Shown here: positions 25,578 to 39,600 of the stretch, piece after piece
Numbering within the stretch: position 1 is the stretch's first letter
Layout: each line of letters starts with the position of its first letter
NCBI GenBank assembly: GCA_032718475.1
Contig: JAUCBJ010008354.1
Location: 124,001-188,000, forward strand
DNA length: 64,000 nucleotides
Origin: Nemertoderma westbladi
Lineage: Eukaryota; Animalia; Xenacoelomorpha
Direction of reading: 5' to 3'
Made by a program: the position numbers and the translations under genes
The notes under the pieces: generated by a model
The model's input: only the letters and a program-made list of their open reading frames with translations
Database searches by the model: none
Told to the model about the DNA's origin: nothing

Positions 25578-26813
25578 TGTTCGCGCTTTCAGACCTTTGG
25601 CAGTTTAACCCGCCAAATTAGGATGTCTTCTAGATAATCAATCGCTTTTAGCCTCTGACAAGTATTTGATTCACTACACTAGTCGAAACCAATCTGTGCG
25701 CGATCATTCACCCGCTGGATATACCCGGGAGATTGGGTTCGACGGCTTAATCTTATTGCTATGTAAGCCTAATGTATTATTCGACTGACAGTATTATATA
25801 ATCTCTGACAATATTATTCACCTTCGGGGAATATTAACAGTTCCTTTAGGACGTGGCGCTCTATCTATATAAACAGAGTTATGACTTAAACTACTCACAA
25901 CGATATGGCTTAGTTATAATTCACATATATGGCGCATTCTTTAGGAAATGCTTCGTTATCAGTCTCACTCATACACAATGCTGCACAATACTGCACACTA
26001 ATCTGCCGATCTTCACTGATTTTAGTCACATATAAAAGGAACACAGACCGACTCATGTAGGGTCTATCAAATAACATTAGATTCACTTCAAACCACTTTA
26101 ACATAAGTCACAATCGTTATATGTAACCTGTCTCTCTTACCTTCTGTATATCAAGAATATTGGGTTTTCGGGGTTATTTATCGTTATTCCAAATATAATA
26201 ATTCATCAACCATATTATGAAGAACCGACAGTAAATAGCAGTATAACAATATAAAAGTATGCACAGGTATATTAGATTAGGTATGTTGCGTTGATTGAGT
26301 ATGGGCCAGTTAACCAGTGTGGTTGGTTGGTTTGTTTGATAACGGATATATGTCCTTATAATTAAGCCTACTAGTGTTAGGCTAAAACAGAAAAGCACAA
26401 AATATTCCAAAGCCGCTCTCTCCTGGCTCAGGACAGAATGTAAACACTGCCCATAAATGCATTGCGTGATTTCTAGGAAATTTCTGTACAAGAGCCATAA
26501 AAATGCTCTGATTGGCTGACTGAACTGAGAGACGCCGTAGAACAAAGAAAATCGACACGTATGAATATCAGCTGTTAACCGTCGTCATAGTAACTACTGT
26601 TCAAGAGTAGCTATCACCTTTTGCGTCACGGAATTGCCATAGAATCATCAACTATGCCTTCCACAGTACACATACGGAGGAAATAGCTCTTAGATCCTCT
26701 AAAAAACACCGATACAGCAATAATACGGTCTCTTACACCTATTAAATCAACTACAGAGTATTTTAATGTAAAAATAATAAAAATAACGGGGCAATTCAGC
26801 AAAGGCTTTTACA
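25578..26813 (-). repeat. 5' LTR of copy A
   Basis: 1236 bp, TGTAAAAG...CGCGAACA on the minus strand. Confidence 0.95.
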
Positions 26814-26818
26814 ATATC

Positions 26819-27486
26819 AGAGAAAGAGATAACTATTTTGTATAAATTTAGGAAATACCGTGTTTTAGCTGATTATAATAATTACTGCAAATATAGAAAC
26901 CTTGTCCAACGGGAAATAAAAAAAGCTAAATCTGAATATTTGTACAACAAAATAAGTGAGAATAAAGATAATCCAAAAAGTCTATGGTCTACCCTAAAAT
27001 CTTTAGGTTATAAAAACCTTAAATCTAAATCGAATATTGTTCTGCAAGATAACGGTGAGCTGATTCATGATCATACTCTAGTTAGTAATTTATTTAATAA
27101 TTATTTTACTAATGTTGCCTCTAATTTAGTTAAGAAATTACCGTTATCAAGTAATAAATATAGTATAGGGTCCGAAACTCTAAATAATTTTTATTTAGAA
27201 AAGTTACAAAATTCAGAAAAGTTATTTTTAAAACTAGATCTAATACCTGCCCGTTTTCTTAAGGATGGTGCTGAAGTACTTAAAGTGCCTATTACTTTTA
27301 TTATTAATTACTCTATCGTAGATAATGTAGTACCAGACGAACTGAAATTAGCTAAGGTTGTTCCTCTGTATAAAAAGAATAGTAAAGTAGAACCCTGTAA
27401 TTACAGACCTGTTAGTATCTTAAGTATTGTATCTAAAATTCTAGAACGTTCTGTTTTTCTACAGCTGGAGGCACATCTTAGTAGGC
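26819..27486 (+). mobile_element. LINE fragment 2 (linker and start of RT), with an internal deletion near 27230
   Basis: Continues PWMTSGILSNI across the TSD; FNNYFTNV, LDLIPARFLKDG, LAKVVPLYKK, NYRPVSIL..SKILER. Confidence 0.9.
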
Positions 27487-28719
27487 TGTACGCGCTTTTG
27501 AAGAACTTTAGCAGTTTAACCTGCCAAAATTTATATGTCTTTTGGTTTACAAATAGACTTTAGAAGTTGACAAATATTTAATACCAATAAACACAACATT
27601 AGCAGAAGCCAGCCTAGTGCGCGTCCATTCACCCGCTGGATATACCCGGGAGACTGGATTCTGAGGGCTTAGATTATTATTGCAGTGTAAGCTTACTGTA
27701 TTATTCGATTGATCGTTAATAAATAATTTCTGACTAATATTATTCACTTTCGGGAAATATTAACAGTTCCTTTAGGACGTGGCGCTCTATCTAGGTAAAC
27801 AGAGATATGACTTATACTAATCACAACGGTAAGTCGGTAAGGCTTATGATTCACGTATGAGGCGCATTCTTTAGGAAATGCTTAGTTATCAGCCACAATC
27901 ATGCACGCTACCGGTAACACACAATACTGCTCACTAATTTGCCGACCGTCAATGAATTTTATCATATATAAAGAGAACAGCAACGGACCCATGTAGTGCT
28001 TATCAAATAGCATTAAATTCACTACAAACCACAACAATATAAGTCGCAATCGCTATATATAACCCATCTCTCTAACCTGTAGTGTATCAAGAAAATTGGG
28101 AAATTTGGGTTCTTTATAAATGTTCTCCAAATAATAATATTCAACCAAAACACAACAGTAAATAGCATTAAGACGGTAGGTTAAGATGGTAACACTGTTT
28201 GACTGGACCGATAACAGTTATACGCTCTATAATCTTAAGCCTACTAATGTTTCTTCTAAAGTCTGAAACGAATTGACTCTAGAGCCGGTGTTCCTGGCCT
28301 GGATAGAAGGAACATAACAGTATCACAAAAACAGTAAGACTGAACACTCCTAGTATGATCGGCCGAATATCTCCACAACGACAGAAAAAATCGCTCTGAT
28401 TGGCTTAAGCTAAACAAAGAACCATGTGTCCAATGGCCGTTTCCATGTCAGCAACCAGCTGTTAGATGTCGTAATCTGAATCATCAAGGCTAAGCTGTGT
28501 AAAGGTATTTGGTACATTGCGGGTTTTTTGCCTCACCGTGTCCGCCAAAACACGTATATAGAAGAATGACTTTTATGTCCGTTAAAACACCTATAACGGT
28601 ACCTTGCGGGCGAGGGGAATATATATATAGTTAGAGAGCCTTTTAGAGTATTCCAGCGCCTGGGGGGAAACTGGATTGCGAAGCAAAAGGGCCAGTTATA
28701 TCCCACAGAAGCTTTTACA
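27487..28719 (-). repeat. 3' LTR of copy B (second LTR subtype)
   Basis: Matches 50300-51532; followed by the same purine tract as copy A. Confidence 0.93.
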
Positions 28720-28797
28720 CCGCTCCCAGAAAATGGGATTTGAGTCTATAAAATATACAAAATCACAGTTTCTAATATACGTAAATACTCTAAACAG

Positions 28798-30248
28798 TTA
28801 GTCTTTCTTGCGCGGACGGCGTTTACGCAGTTTTTTAAAGCTAGCCAGAGTCCTTTTCTCTTTGGGGCAAGCCACTTTACAAGGAGGGCTATAACTCCTG
28901 GGTGAAGGGTGCAATATGATTGCATCAGAGGGTGTAGGATTATGGTCGGTGTATCCGCCAATCGAAGTACCGGGTTGATTGACATCAACGTCAGGGGAGA
29001 GGGTTCTAACGGCTTTGAGAGCTCGTTTCAAGACAGCCGCTCTTATGGGTCCTTTACGAGTGGTCTGAACGAGAGCCGTGGGTGGACCATAGGCAGTTCG
29101 AAACCTCCGGGGTTTAACGGTTCTTTCCAACTCGCGTTCGCGGGCTCGGTATTCGTAAGGCCGTCGATATACTTCCTGTAACTCGGGGTGTGAGTTAACA
29201 AATAAGTCTCCATAGTCCGGATCCTGACGGATATAATTGATTAAGTTATAAGAATGAAGGTCGCTAGGATTAACACTCCTGAGAAATTTGCGTACGAACT
29301 TGGTTGAAATACATTCTCCGACGCGCTTCAGTAGTTCGTAACTCGATATGCGTGATTTCTGTTCGACAGAAGCGAATAGATAAGGATGGAACGCATAAAC
29401 TCCTTCGTAAGCGCGTCCAGGATACTAGCGATGGCGCGAATCACAATGTAAATCAGTGTTCGCTTCCCAAGCTCTGATGTAACGTAGTGTGATCATTTCA
29501 TCTACGCTTTCCAAATCATGATTAACAGGGCAATCGAAACTGGCGTGTCCCTTTTAGTTGACAATGGTGACATTGAGTCATAAATTGAGGGCAAACCGCA
29601 AAAATGTGCAAGTTATTGAGTCTGCAATACGCGCAATAAATTTCCATCGCCGGTTGTTTGTGGAAATAGGAACAGCGGACGTTTGTGTCCATGGGCGTAT
29701 CATGGTCTCTCGATGCGCATAACCGACAACATTGCCTAGAAACATAGTTGGCATGTCGATAATCGTACGCAGTGAGACACTGTGGACCTTGATACCATTC
29801 TATGATGTAATCGTTGTCGCTGTTCCGGGGCGCGATAGGCTGAATCTCCTCAGATTCTAGACATATTGGTTCGTCTTCCCAGTCTGTTACGAATAGAATT
29901 TTCGTGATCTATTCTCGGTTTATCGTTACGACTCCGCTGGGTATGATATTTAAATAGAATCATTTCCCTTTCGGTGTCTACATCGTCCGTATCATGTAAA
30001 TCGATAGGATGGCCGGTAGTTAGGAAGTGCATATACGTACTATTACGATGCGTATAGTGAGCGGTGAATTTTCGATAGTCCAATTCACGCGTAAGTTGCT
30101 CTTGGGACATCGGTGGTTCGATATAACGACCATCGTCCTCCGTAATGGTTGGATCGGTTTCACCGCGTATCAAGCTATCCACAAATGCTTGTAAAGGTAG
30201 AGTATATCGCTCCCTGATACCAAGATCATCTTCTATCAACTCCGTCAT
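28798..30248 (-). pseudogene. Accessory ORF2 of copy B (short variant, frameshifted)
   Basis: Same MTELIEDDLG start, knuckles and KKLRKRRPRKKD end as A; different segment after AFVDS. Confidence 0.8.
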
Positions 30249-31878
30249 ATCTGCTATCTGAGTTTATTAATATTATAATAAGTTTATGTTTAGGCGAGCG
30301 GGCGTCGCTGCCTACCTTTCTTTGCCCCCGGACAGTGGGATTCTCAGTGCCGATGTACCGTCGTCGCGGTGTTTACGCCAACATGTAGCAACAGCACGAC
30401 AACGATAACCGGCACAAGTCACTCCACTGTCCGTCCCAAAGGCTTGAATCCACTTTAGGTTCTTTCTATAGGAGAGTTGGGCTACTTTCACAATTGCGAC
30501 TAGCTACTGTAAACACACCTTAGCAGTAACATTCCCCTACAAACGCACAAATTCCACACAACTGTCACCAATTGTACACATACAGGCCATTTGTCCGTTA
30601 GTCAGTGCCTTCCAGAATGTCACGTTATTACTGTGTATCCTTGGATACTAACAGTGTGCTATGTATTCTCTATGCTATGCAATGGGACAAGCTTTCTGTT
30701 GTTCTTTTAACTTGCTTCTAATTCTAGCGTGGGTGTTGCTATGGTGACATTATGGAATGCTAGCGGTAGAATTAGGGTAATTCTCATGCATACAGATCTG
30801 GGATGCTATTTAATAATAATTCTTTAATTGTCAATATCCTCTTTATGCATGATTTTATTAATTTTATCGGCTATTGACTATATGTTGGAGATTCTCGCAC
30901 TCTAATACACTCAATAGGATGAATCTCCGCTCCCATGATCTATTAATTAATGGAATTTTGGGAATGTTATAAATTGCGCAAAAATGACAATTTATGAAAT
31001 TCATTTAAAATATGAATTTAAATTTATTCCCGTGAATTTTATTATTTGATGTTAAGATTGACACAATTTTTATTCCAGAGCATGTCTGGGGACTGAGGAT
31101 CCTTAATTCTAGAAAATTGCCTTTTAAGAGTATCGGTAAGTGCTGCGATATCTTAATTGACTAGAAATTTAAAGGATCTGAATTTTACAGATTTTACTAA
31201 ATATTAAATTAATATTTAAGATGGGCACCGATTTATTCCAGAACTTGTCTGGGGACGTTAACCACTGATTCTAGAATTTGTCTTTCAAGTATATCGGTGG
31301 GTGCCGCGATATCTTAATCGACTAGAATTACAGATGGCCAAAAGGTTTAACAGATTTATTTGCGTTTTACGCTACTGTTATATGGACATCACGCTACTAT
31401 ATGTATTATTTAATATAAGGTAGAAGAGCAATATCGCACGAAGCAATGTCAGTGTGAAGAGGCAAGTCGTTTCCAAGGTCTACCCAGAGCTTGGTTTAGC
31501 CGAGACACGAGGATCTGAACTTTGCATTCCTAATACTCTGCCTACCAATAATACCTGAATATAGTAGTGGCTTTATTGTACTTTAATAAGTACGGACATT
31601 TCATCTTACTGTAGTCACGTATTTATAATATGATACGGACAGTAAGGAAAGAGAAAAAATAATTATTTCTCGCCGTCGCACTAAATATATTATAAGTAAT
31701 TACGTACGTAGTAAACACTAATATATTGCACTAATCTACTAAATAATCACTAAAATAACATTTTACTAAAATAAAATTAAAGGAAACGATTATAATAAAA
31801 TTACATAATAATACATACATAAATATAAAATAAAAACAAATATAAAATGATATAGTCACACGCCCACTCCATATGTTA

Positions 31879-33180
31879 TTACGTTATGGAGTCCCTAGAT
31901 ATTTGTCGAATTAGGGAAGTGGTCGTAGGAAGAGTATCTTGCCTTCCATAGTTTCCGGACAGTTTTCAGTCTCTTTCCAGTAAACATAAACGACTAGCTG
32001 GGCGATTTAGTTGTTGTGTTACTTTCTCCGCTCCCTTGGCCTGTCTAATCTTCACCGGGGTAAGATGAGGAGGCCATTCTTCTTCTTCTTTACTTAAGAA
32101 GTCGGATCCACCTAACCAGCCTGGATTATCTATCAGTTCTTGAGGAGTTGCTCCTCTGGAAGCGATGTCGGCTGGATTAATCGTCCCAAGGCAATGTCTC
32201 CATTGATCTACATTGGAGTTAATATCGTCATTATCTGAGGAGTATGGTGTTCCCTCAGTTGGATCGTCCACATCACTGCTCTCCACTTCCCATTCCTTTA
32301 CTTGGTATACCTGTTGTTGAGGTAATCTCTCTTTGAGAGTTCTACGGGAAGGGCCAGTGAAGTACCAACCTACTCTAGTTCTTACCGCATAGGTTTGCAG
32401 TGGCTGCGGTTGAGCAGGCCGTTTCTCCAATGTCTCGAGCGCCTCATGCGCGTTTTGGCCAATGAGTATTTGCACTCCAGAATAATCTGTCTGGAATCGA
32501 GGTATCTTAAGATGTTGGATGCTCTCATCCTCGTCCCAATTATAAAGGTCTGCTTGGGTAGTAGCGAAGTTCTTTATAGCCACCATTTTTACCGACCTTA
32601 TCCCTTGTGCTCCTAATTTATCCTGGGGGGTGGACAACACACCTACATAGTAGTCTGCCGTTAGGGTAGATTTCCAAACCTGCATAATTCCTGACATATT
32701 CAATTTAGTCCGGAATTTGGGTTGTCCAGCAAAGATATCTTCGGCTAGTTCTTGATCGATGAATGTTCCTGTGCTGCCGGAGTCAAGGAGGGCGTTCACT
32801 ATGTAACTTTTGTTAGGACCATGAACTCTTACCTGCACTACAGGAAATTCTCTGATTCCTACGTTGGAAGTTGGAGCTTTCCAAGATGGTTGTCTGGCAA
32901 AAGTAGTTGGGGGGAACTCATTGTCGGTGTCCTTTTCATAAGTAAGTGCTCGATACACTGAAGTATTTATTAGGTAACAGGATTCGTTGGCGTCAGAGAA
33001 TTCGTCAGTATAGAATCCTTCCATCTCAGACTCTTGATCAGTGTCATTTACATCACTGAATTGGACATGTAGTTCGGGCTCACTTACCTGACTCGGGTTG
33101 TCTCGTTCGAATTCACTGCGTAACAAGATGTGATGTTTCGCACCGCACTTTGCACACTTTACTTCGGAGTAACAGGTTCG
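31879..33180 (-). pseudogene. 3' part of copy B gag-protease ORF, with RT/RH and IN deleted in frame
   Basis: LLDSGS protease, then SSDNDDINSN|VDQWRH and GAEKV|TQQLNRP junctions. Confidence 0.88.
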
Positions 33181-34420
33181 CCGTTAGTAAAAGCTTCTGT
33201 GGGATATAACTGGCCCCTTTTGCTTCGCAATCCAGTTTCCCCCCAGGCGCTGGAATACACTCAAAGGCTCTCTAACTATATATATATTCCCCTTGCCCGC
33301 AAGGTACCGTTACAGGTGTTTTAACGGACATAAAAGTCATTCTTCTATATACGTGTTTTGGCGGACATGGTAAGGCAAAAAACCAGCAATGCACCAAATA
33401 CCTTTACACAGCTTAGCCTTGATGATTCATATTACGACATCTAACAGCTGGTTGCTGACATGGGAACAGCCATTGGACACATGGTTCTTTGTTTAGCTTA
33501 AGCCAATCAGAGCGATTTTTTCTGTCGATGTGGAGGTATTCGGCCGATCATAATAGGAGTGTTCAGTCTTACTGTTTTTTCTTGATACGGTTGTGTTCCT
33601 TCTATCTAGGCCAGGAACACCGGCTCTAGAGTCAATTCGTTTCAGACTTTAGAAGAAACATTAGTAGGCTTAAGATTATAGAGCGTATAACTGTTATCGG
33701 TCCAGTCAAACAGTGTTACCATCTTAACCTACCGTCTTAATGCTATTTACTGTTGTGTTTTGGTTGAATATTGTTATTTGGAGAACATATATAAAGAACC
33801 CAAATTTCCCAATTTTCTTGATACACTACAGGTTAGAGAGACGGGTTATATATAGCGATTGCGACTTATATTATTGTGTATGTAGTTAATTTAATGCTAT
33901 TTGATAAGCACTACATTGGTCCGTTGCTGTTCTCTTTATATATGATAAAAATCATTGACGGTCGGCAAATTAGTGGGCAGTATTGTGTGTTACCGGTAGT
34001 GTGCATGATTGTGACTGATAACTAAGCATTTCCTAAAGAATGCGCCTCATACGTGAATCATAAGCCTTACCGACTTACCATTGTGATTAGTATAAGTCAT
34101 ATCTCTGTTTAACTAGATAGAGCGCCACGTCCTAAAGGAACTGTTAATATTTCCCGAAAGTGAATAATATTGGTCAGAAATTATTTATTAACGATCAATC
34201 GAATAATACAGTAAGCTTACACTGCAATAATAATCTAAGCCCTCAGAATCCAGTCTCCCGGGTATATCCAGCGGGTGAATGGACGCGCACTAGGCTGGCT
34301 TCTGCTAATGTTGTGTTTATTGGTATTAAATATTTGTCATCTTCTAAAGTCTATTTATAAACCAAAAGACATATAAATTTTGGCAGGTTAAACTGCTAAA
34401 GGTCTTCAAAAGCGCGTACA

Positions 34421-34431
34421 ATAACAGTTAT
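34421..34431 (+). promoter_or_regulatory. PBS position of copy C, perfect complement of LTR-internal 33687-33697
   Basis: ATAACAGTTAT versus ATAACTGTTAT. Confidence 0.7.
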
Positions 34432-36657
34432 TGACTTTATTGCAGTAAACAATAAAGTTGAAAGTACCGGTCGACCGTTAAACCTGAACCGGTACATCTG
34501 TAGGTCAGTAGGCCCAACTGCCAGAACCGGTACTGCTGTAGGTCCGTAGGTCCAACTGCCAGAACCGGTACTTCTGTAGGTCCGTAGGCCCAACTGTCCT
34601 AACCGGTACTTCCAGTATAAGTACATTAGTATTATTTCGATTGTGATCTATTGTATATTGTAGGCTGTCAGGGGAATAGGGATTGATCACCCCTCATTCT
34701 TTTGTATAGTTTACTTATTTCTGTCAGTTTTATTTCCTAGTAAGTTAATATTGAGCTGAAGACGTGTAAGTCTGCTCAGATTGTTCAGATAATTGTAGGC
34801 CGGACTGTTGTCGGATTGTTGTTGGGTTTGGAGAGATTACGGCGTGTGTAGAGTTTGTCCGATAGAGTGCCAGTTAGTAAGTTGGGGCAGCCATAGCTGT
34901 AAGGTCAATCCCCTCTTAAAGAATAAGTCGTACTACCGTGTTAGAACGCATACTAACTAACAATTTTGGAATCTGCACATACTGTAGTTTATTTAGGCTT
35001 GACAGTATTCTGCCAGCGTTTTGGCCTGTGTTTGTTTGTGTGGTCTGTTCAGGTACCGTAATAGTTATTACTCAGATATTTTGTAGGCTGGATTGTTGTC
35101 TAGCTATTATTAGGTCTGAAGAGATTGCTGCGTGTGTAGAGTTTGTCTGATAAAGTGCCAGTTAGTAAGTTGGGGCAGCCATAGCTGTAAGGTCAATCCC
35201 CTCTTAAAGAATAAGTCGTACTACCGTGTTAGAACGCATACTAACTAAACATTTCGGAATCTACACGTACGGTAGTTTATTTAGGCTTGGTGGTAGTCTG
35301 CCAGCGTTTGGTTTGTATTTTGTTTGAGTATTCTGTACGGGTAGCGTAATATTTATTATTCAGAGTTTATGCGATTATTCGCAACATTCATGTCCCCAAG
35401 TTTATTCCTACAGTAATTGTGTTTGTTACACATACCGTTATAGTTAAATTAACCCCGGTACTACACGGGCTGCTTGGCGTAGGACAAGACTGGTGACTTT
35501 GTGCTTCGGTCACTCCAGCAGATGCCGTGGTTCTTTTAACTGTTCAAGTATATTTAACTACTGATTATTTGTTGTACCAGTACTTGTACCTAATTTAGGG
35601 TTTAGTGTACAGTGCTTTCCGAGGTAATTAGTGTGTAGGCAGTATATTTGTGTTGTAAAGTGGTTAATAGGCACGCTGGATCTGGTAGTCCGCGGTAATT
35701 AACTTCCAGGTAGGAACACTCCGTGATACATAACGTAGTACCTATAGCAATACGGCTATAGGTCGTCAGGCGGTGGTATTTTCCTATCTGGACAGTGCAA
35801 TATATTTACTACTACTTATTATTTTCAAATACCGTAGTACCCTGTCCGTTGTAATAACCAGTATTCTAACCCTTTGTTAGACTGGTTTGTAGACTTCCTG
35901 TAAAATTACCCTAAAAATTTCGTACGTAATATTTTTGTTGTGTTTAATTAGAGATTTAATCTCACCCGTATCGTAAGTAATTTGTAGTATTAAGTAACTT
36001 AGGTAAATTAGAATTATCTGTTTTAGTGTCCCATAGGTAGCACTTCACTGAGAGCGCACAGCTTCTGTGTAGTGACTCCCCCAGAAATAATAACATTTAT
36101 TTCAAATATTGACAAAAAACCCATTTTTTAGGGTATATATTTATTATAAATCAACTCAAACGATTTATAAATAGTAGGCCTGCCATACAACAACTAGGTC
36201 TCAATATCAGTTGGACTACTGCTTAAATAGCGGTAATAAAGTAAGTTAAAGTAACTAAGTAACCCTAAAATATTCAGAAATTCAATTATTCTAAAATAAT
36301 TGACATACCGGTATTTACCATAGGCTTATTATATTTATTTCTATAAATTTGAGCTAAAATCATACCGGTATTCTGTAATTAATTCTAGTTCATAATTATA
36401 CTTATATATACTATAAGTGTAAGCTGTATATCGGTATTCACGATAGGCCTATTATATATGTATATATATTTGTGCTAAATTTATATACCGGTACTCTGTG
36501 ACAAAACAAGTTTACAATACTTATATATATTATAAGTGCATACCGGTATTCTAATATATTGCAATAAATTACCGGTACTAGGCCAACGGTCATACTGAAT
36601 TACTAGACTTGCTTTAACTGTAACTATAGCAGTAAGTATTCAACTGTGTAGCTAAAC

Positions 36658-39600
36658 ATGTCTGACACTCAGCAAAACCTGTCAGACAGTCTAATCGATA
36701 CAACCATCTGTGACACAGATAGGAGTGTGGAGCGATTAAGAAAGGAGTTCAGCTCACCTCCTACTGAAAGAAAAGTCATCCCTCCAGTAGTGGTATCAGA
36801 CCCTAAGCTAATCCAACACCGTAGGTCTATCATCGGCACTCGGGCCCAAGTCAAATGGAACCAGGAAGCAGCTGTCCAACAGCAGCAACATCCTAGTCAA
36901 GAAACTTGTTCCCAGCGATCCGATAGCTCCAGTAGTGCGGATACTGCAGAGCTGACCCCCGAACGCGGAGTGCAGATGGCGGCTACAGCCTACTCGGATC
37001 CCCTTCTCACCCTTCCTGCCGCAGTGCTAACTACAATATTGATCGCGGTGGAGGAACATCAAGCCGATTGGGCGAGAAGTAAGCGAGCGACCCAAGATAG
37101 TTATGCGGGATACGCCAGGGAAGAATTGATGTCTATTGTCGAGTCACAATGGAACTTTCCCGGACCCGGACTCCCGTTAGATTTGTCCGAAGCTGCTTGG
37201 GAAGATATACACAGGCTGGGAGTGACTAAAGATACAATGGATCCAGCTGTTTGGAAGAGGTCGGCAGCAGGATATGTGCAGGGATTCTTCGGCTCCTTGG
37301 AGCGATTAGAAGAACAACTGTTTCGACAACCCCAAGGACCTCAAGAGCAGGAAGAGCTGCTATATCAAGTACGCGAAAGAACCCTGCGCATTAGACTAAT
37401 CCTATCAGCCTTTGAGGAAACTTCCAAAAGAAAACAGGACACGTCGCTGCAGGTTGCTGTCAAAACTTGGTTCCAGCGGGTAGGTCTCAAAGTACAAGAA
37501 ACGGACCAGTGGAAATCCCAGCTGTCTGAGAGACTAACCTATGAAGAACCAACCGATGCCACCCTTTCTCAAGTGAAAGGCGAAGAGACCGCAGAGAGAC
37601 CACGAACGCGAGACGCCATAGACATATATCTGTCCGACTATCAGCGATTCCTAGGAGACGAAGAGTTGAGGAGACGGCTGTCTGGACTTTCCCCTAATAG
37701 TGAAGGAACCCAACTTGTGTTGGACGCAATTGATACTGAGATGATAGCTGCGGACCAAGCTAAATTTGATGAACGTCTCCGCATAGCTAGAGCTCAAGAA
37801 GAACAAGTAAAGAAAAGGCGGATTGAAGACAAAAAGGCAGCAGCAATAGCAGCGGCAATGGCAACAGCAGAAGCAGACAGAAAGGCAGAAAGAAAGGTGG
37901 CAGAAGCAGCGGCCGAAGCGGAAATAAAGGCGGCGGAGGCAAAAGCAGAAGCAGACAGAAAGGCGGAAAGAAAGGCGGCGGAGGCAGTGGCAGAAGCAGA
38001 ACGGAGAGCGTCTGAGGAGACCGCCCAGCTGGAGTTAGAAGATCTGCAGGAGACGCAAGACAGCATCGGTAGGCAGTTAACAGACAGTCGAATGCAGATG
38101 ATGAGTCGATCTACCTCCAAACGCCAAGGCTATACATCATCGGAGGAAGGGGATACCACCGATCCTGAAGGTGGAGGAAATCAATCTCGTCTCAGTAGAC
38201 GTAGAAGAACATCTCACCGTCATAAATTGCCTGATTTGCCCCCAGCCGTTAGAAGACAATTAGCTAGCACAACAGTAGGTAGTACAGAACCCACAGACCG
38301 AATTATTACCGTCAACAGACTCCCTACTATAACAGATGAGCCTGAAATAATTAGGCCTTTTCTCGAAGCCACCCCTTTGGTGCTAGAGACACCTGTACTC
38401 CCTGAAACAAACTCTAAATTCCATTTACACAGTACTACACTGCATGTACCCGGTAGAACAGTCCATGAAAATATCCCTGTCCTGGAAGCTGAGAGAGAAA
38501 TCAAAGATTTGTCTCCTGTCGTCCCGCGTCAGCCCGCTACAATGTTGGCGACTCCCGCTTCGGTGGTCGAGTGGGTAGAGGAGGGACGGCGGGGGATGAA
38601 TCTCCTGCTCGGACAGATGCAGGAGACTGTCCACCAACTTAAGGGAAGGTAGAGCAGAGTTGCAAGAAGTGCAGCAAAGTATCGCACTAGAACGCGACAA
38701 ATTAGTCAACATACAAAAGGGCATACCAATACCCCCAGTAACATTGTGTCAACCTGTTAGGTCTGAAGTATTACATGCGCAAGGTGTGGAGCCTACACGC
38801 ATCTATACTGCTAGTGAAGTAGAAACTCCTATAGCAAACCCTATTAAGGGTGATTATAGACCTGTTATTAACGATATCCCCTATAGACCTGACAATGACC
38901 CGAGAAATTTATATACTGATAATTCGATATTAAATAACACGATGGCCCAAGAAAGCTTTACGCGTCAGATGGCTAGAACAGAAGCCCGCCAAGCAGTCAA
39001 AGTGGGAGAGATCGTCAAATTCAATGGAGATGAGATGAAATGGTTACCTTTCAACGAATATTACAAAGATAGCATACAAAACTCTGTACTATCTAACGGA
39101 GAGAAACTTAGGTTCCTCATCAAGTGCTTGGAAGGACCTCCCAGGTTAATGGCGTTAAAGTTTATTGGACATCCAGAAGAATTAAGACAGGTATGGGATA
39201 CATTAAACATCAGGTATGGTAACAAGGATAACATAGCTAAGTATTTGTATGCAAAATTAGTAGCCCCCCGACACTTCCTTAGTAGCGGGATTATAGAGTT
39301 TTCCGATGAAATTCAGGAGATCTGTAGACAATTGGACTAGTTAGGTAAGTCTCATGAATATCAGAGTTCAATGGTTATTGGAGCCATAGTCTCTACTTTA
39401 CCAAAGGGTGGAGTATGTACACGCTGGGACAAGAAAGTGTTGTACATGAATGAACAACAACGACGAAGTCCTACCATGGCTGATCTCATGTCCTTCTTAG
39501 ATAGTGAAGTAAAATTACAACTCATAAAGCAGTCCAGAGAGAAAACATCGGAAAATAAGGTAAGTGAGAAACCCGTTTCTAGGAGAAGGATAATACCAGT

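Larger units (their letters stand above)
10161..26813 (-). mobile_element. BEL/Pao LTR retrotransposon copy A, full length (16.65 kb)
   Basis: TG...CA LTRs of 1236 bp at both ends; 5-bp TSD ATATC (10156-10160, 26814-26818); gag-PR-RT-RH-IN order with triple Cys-His gag motif. Confidence 0.96.
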
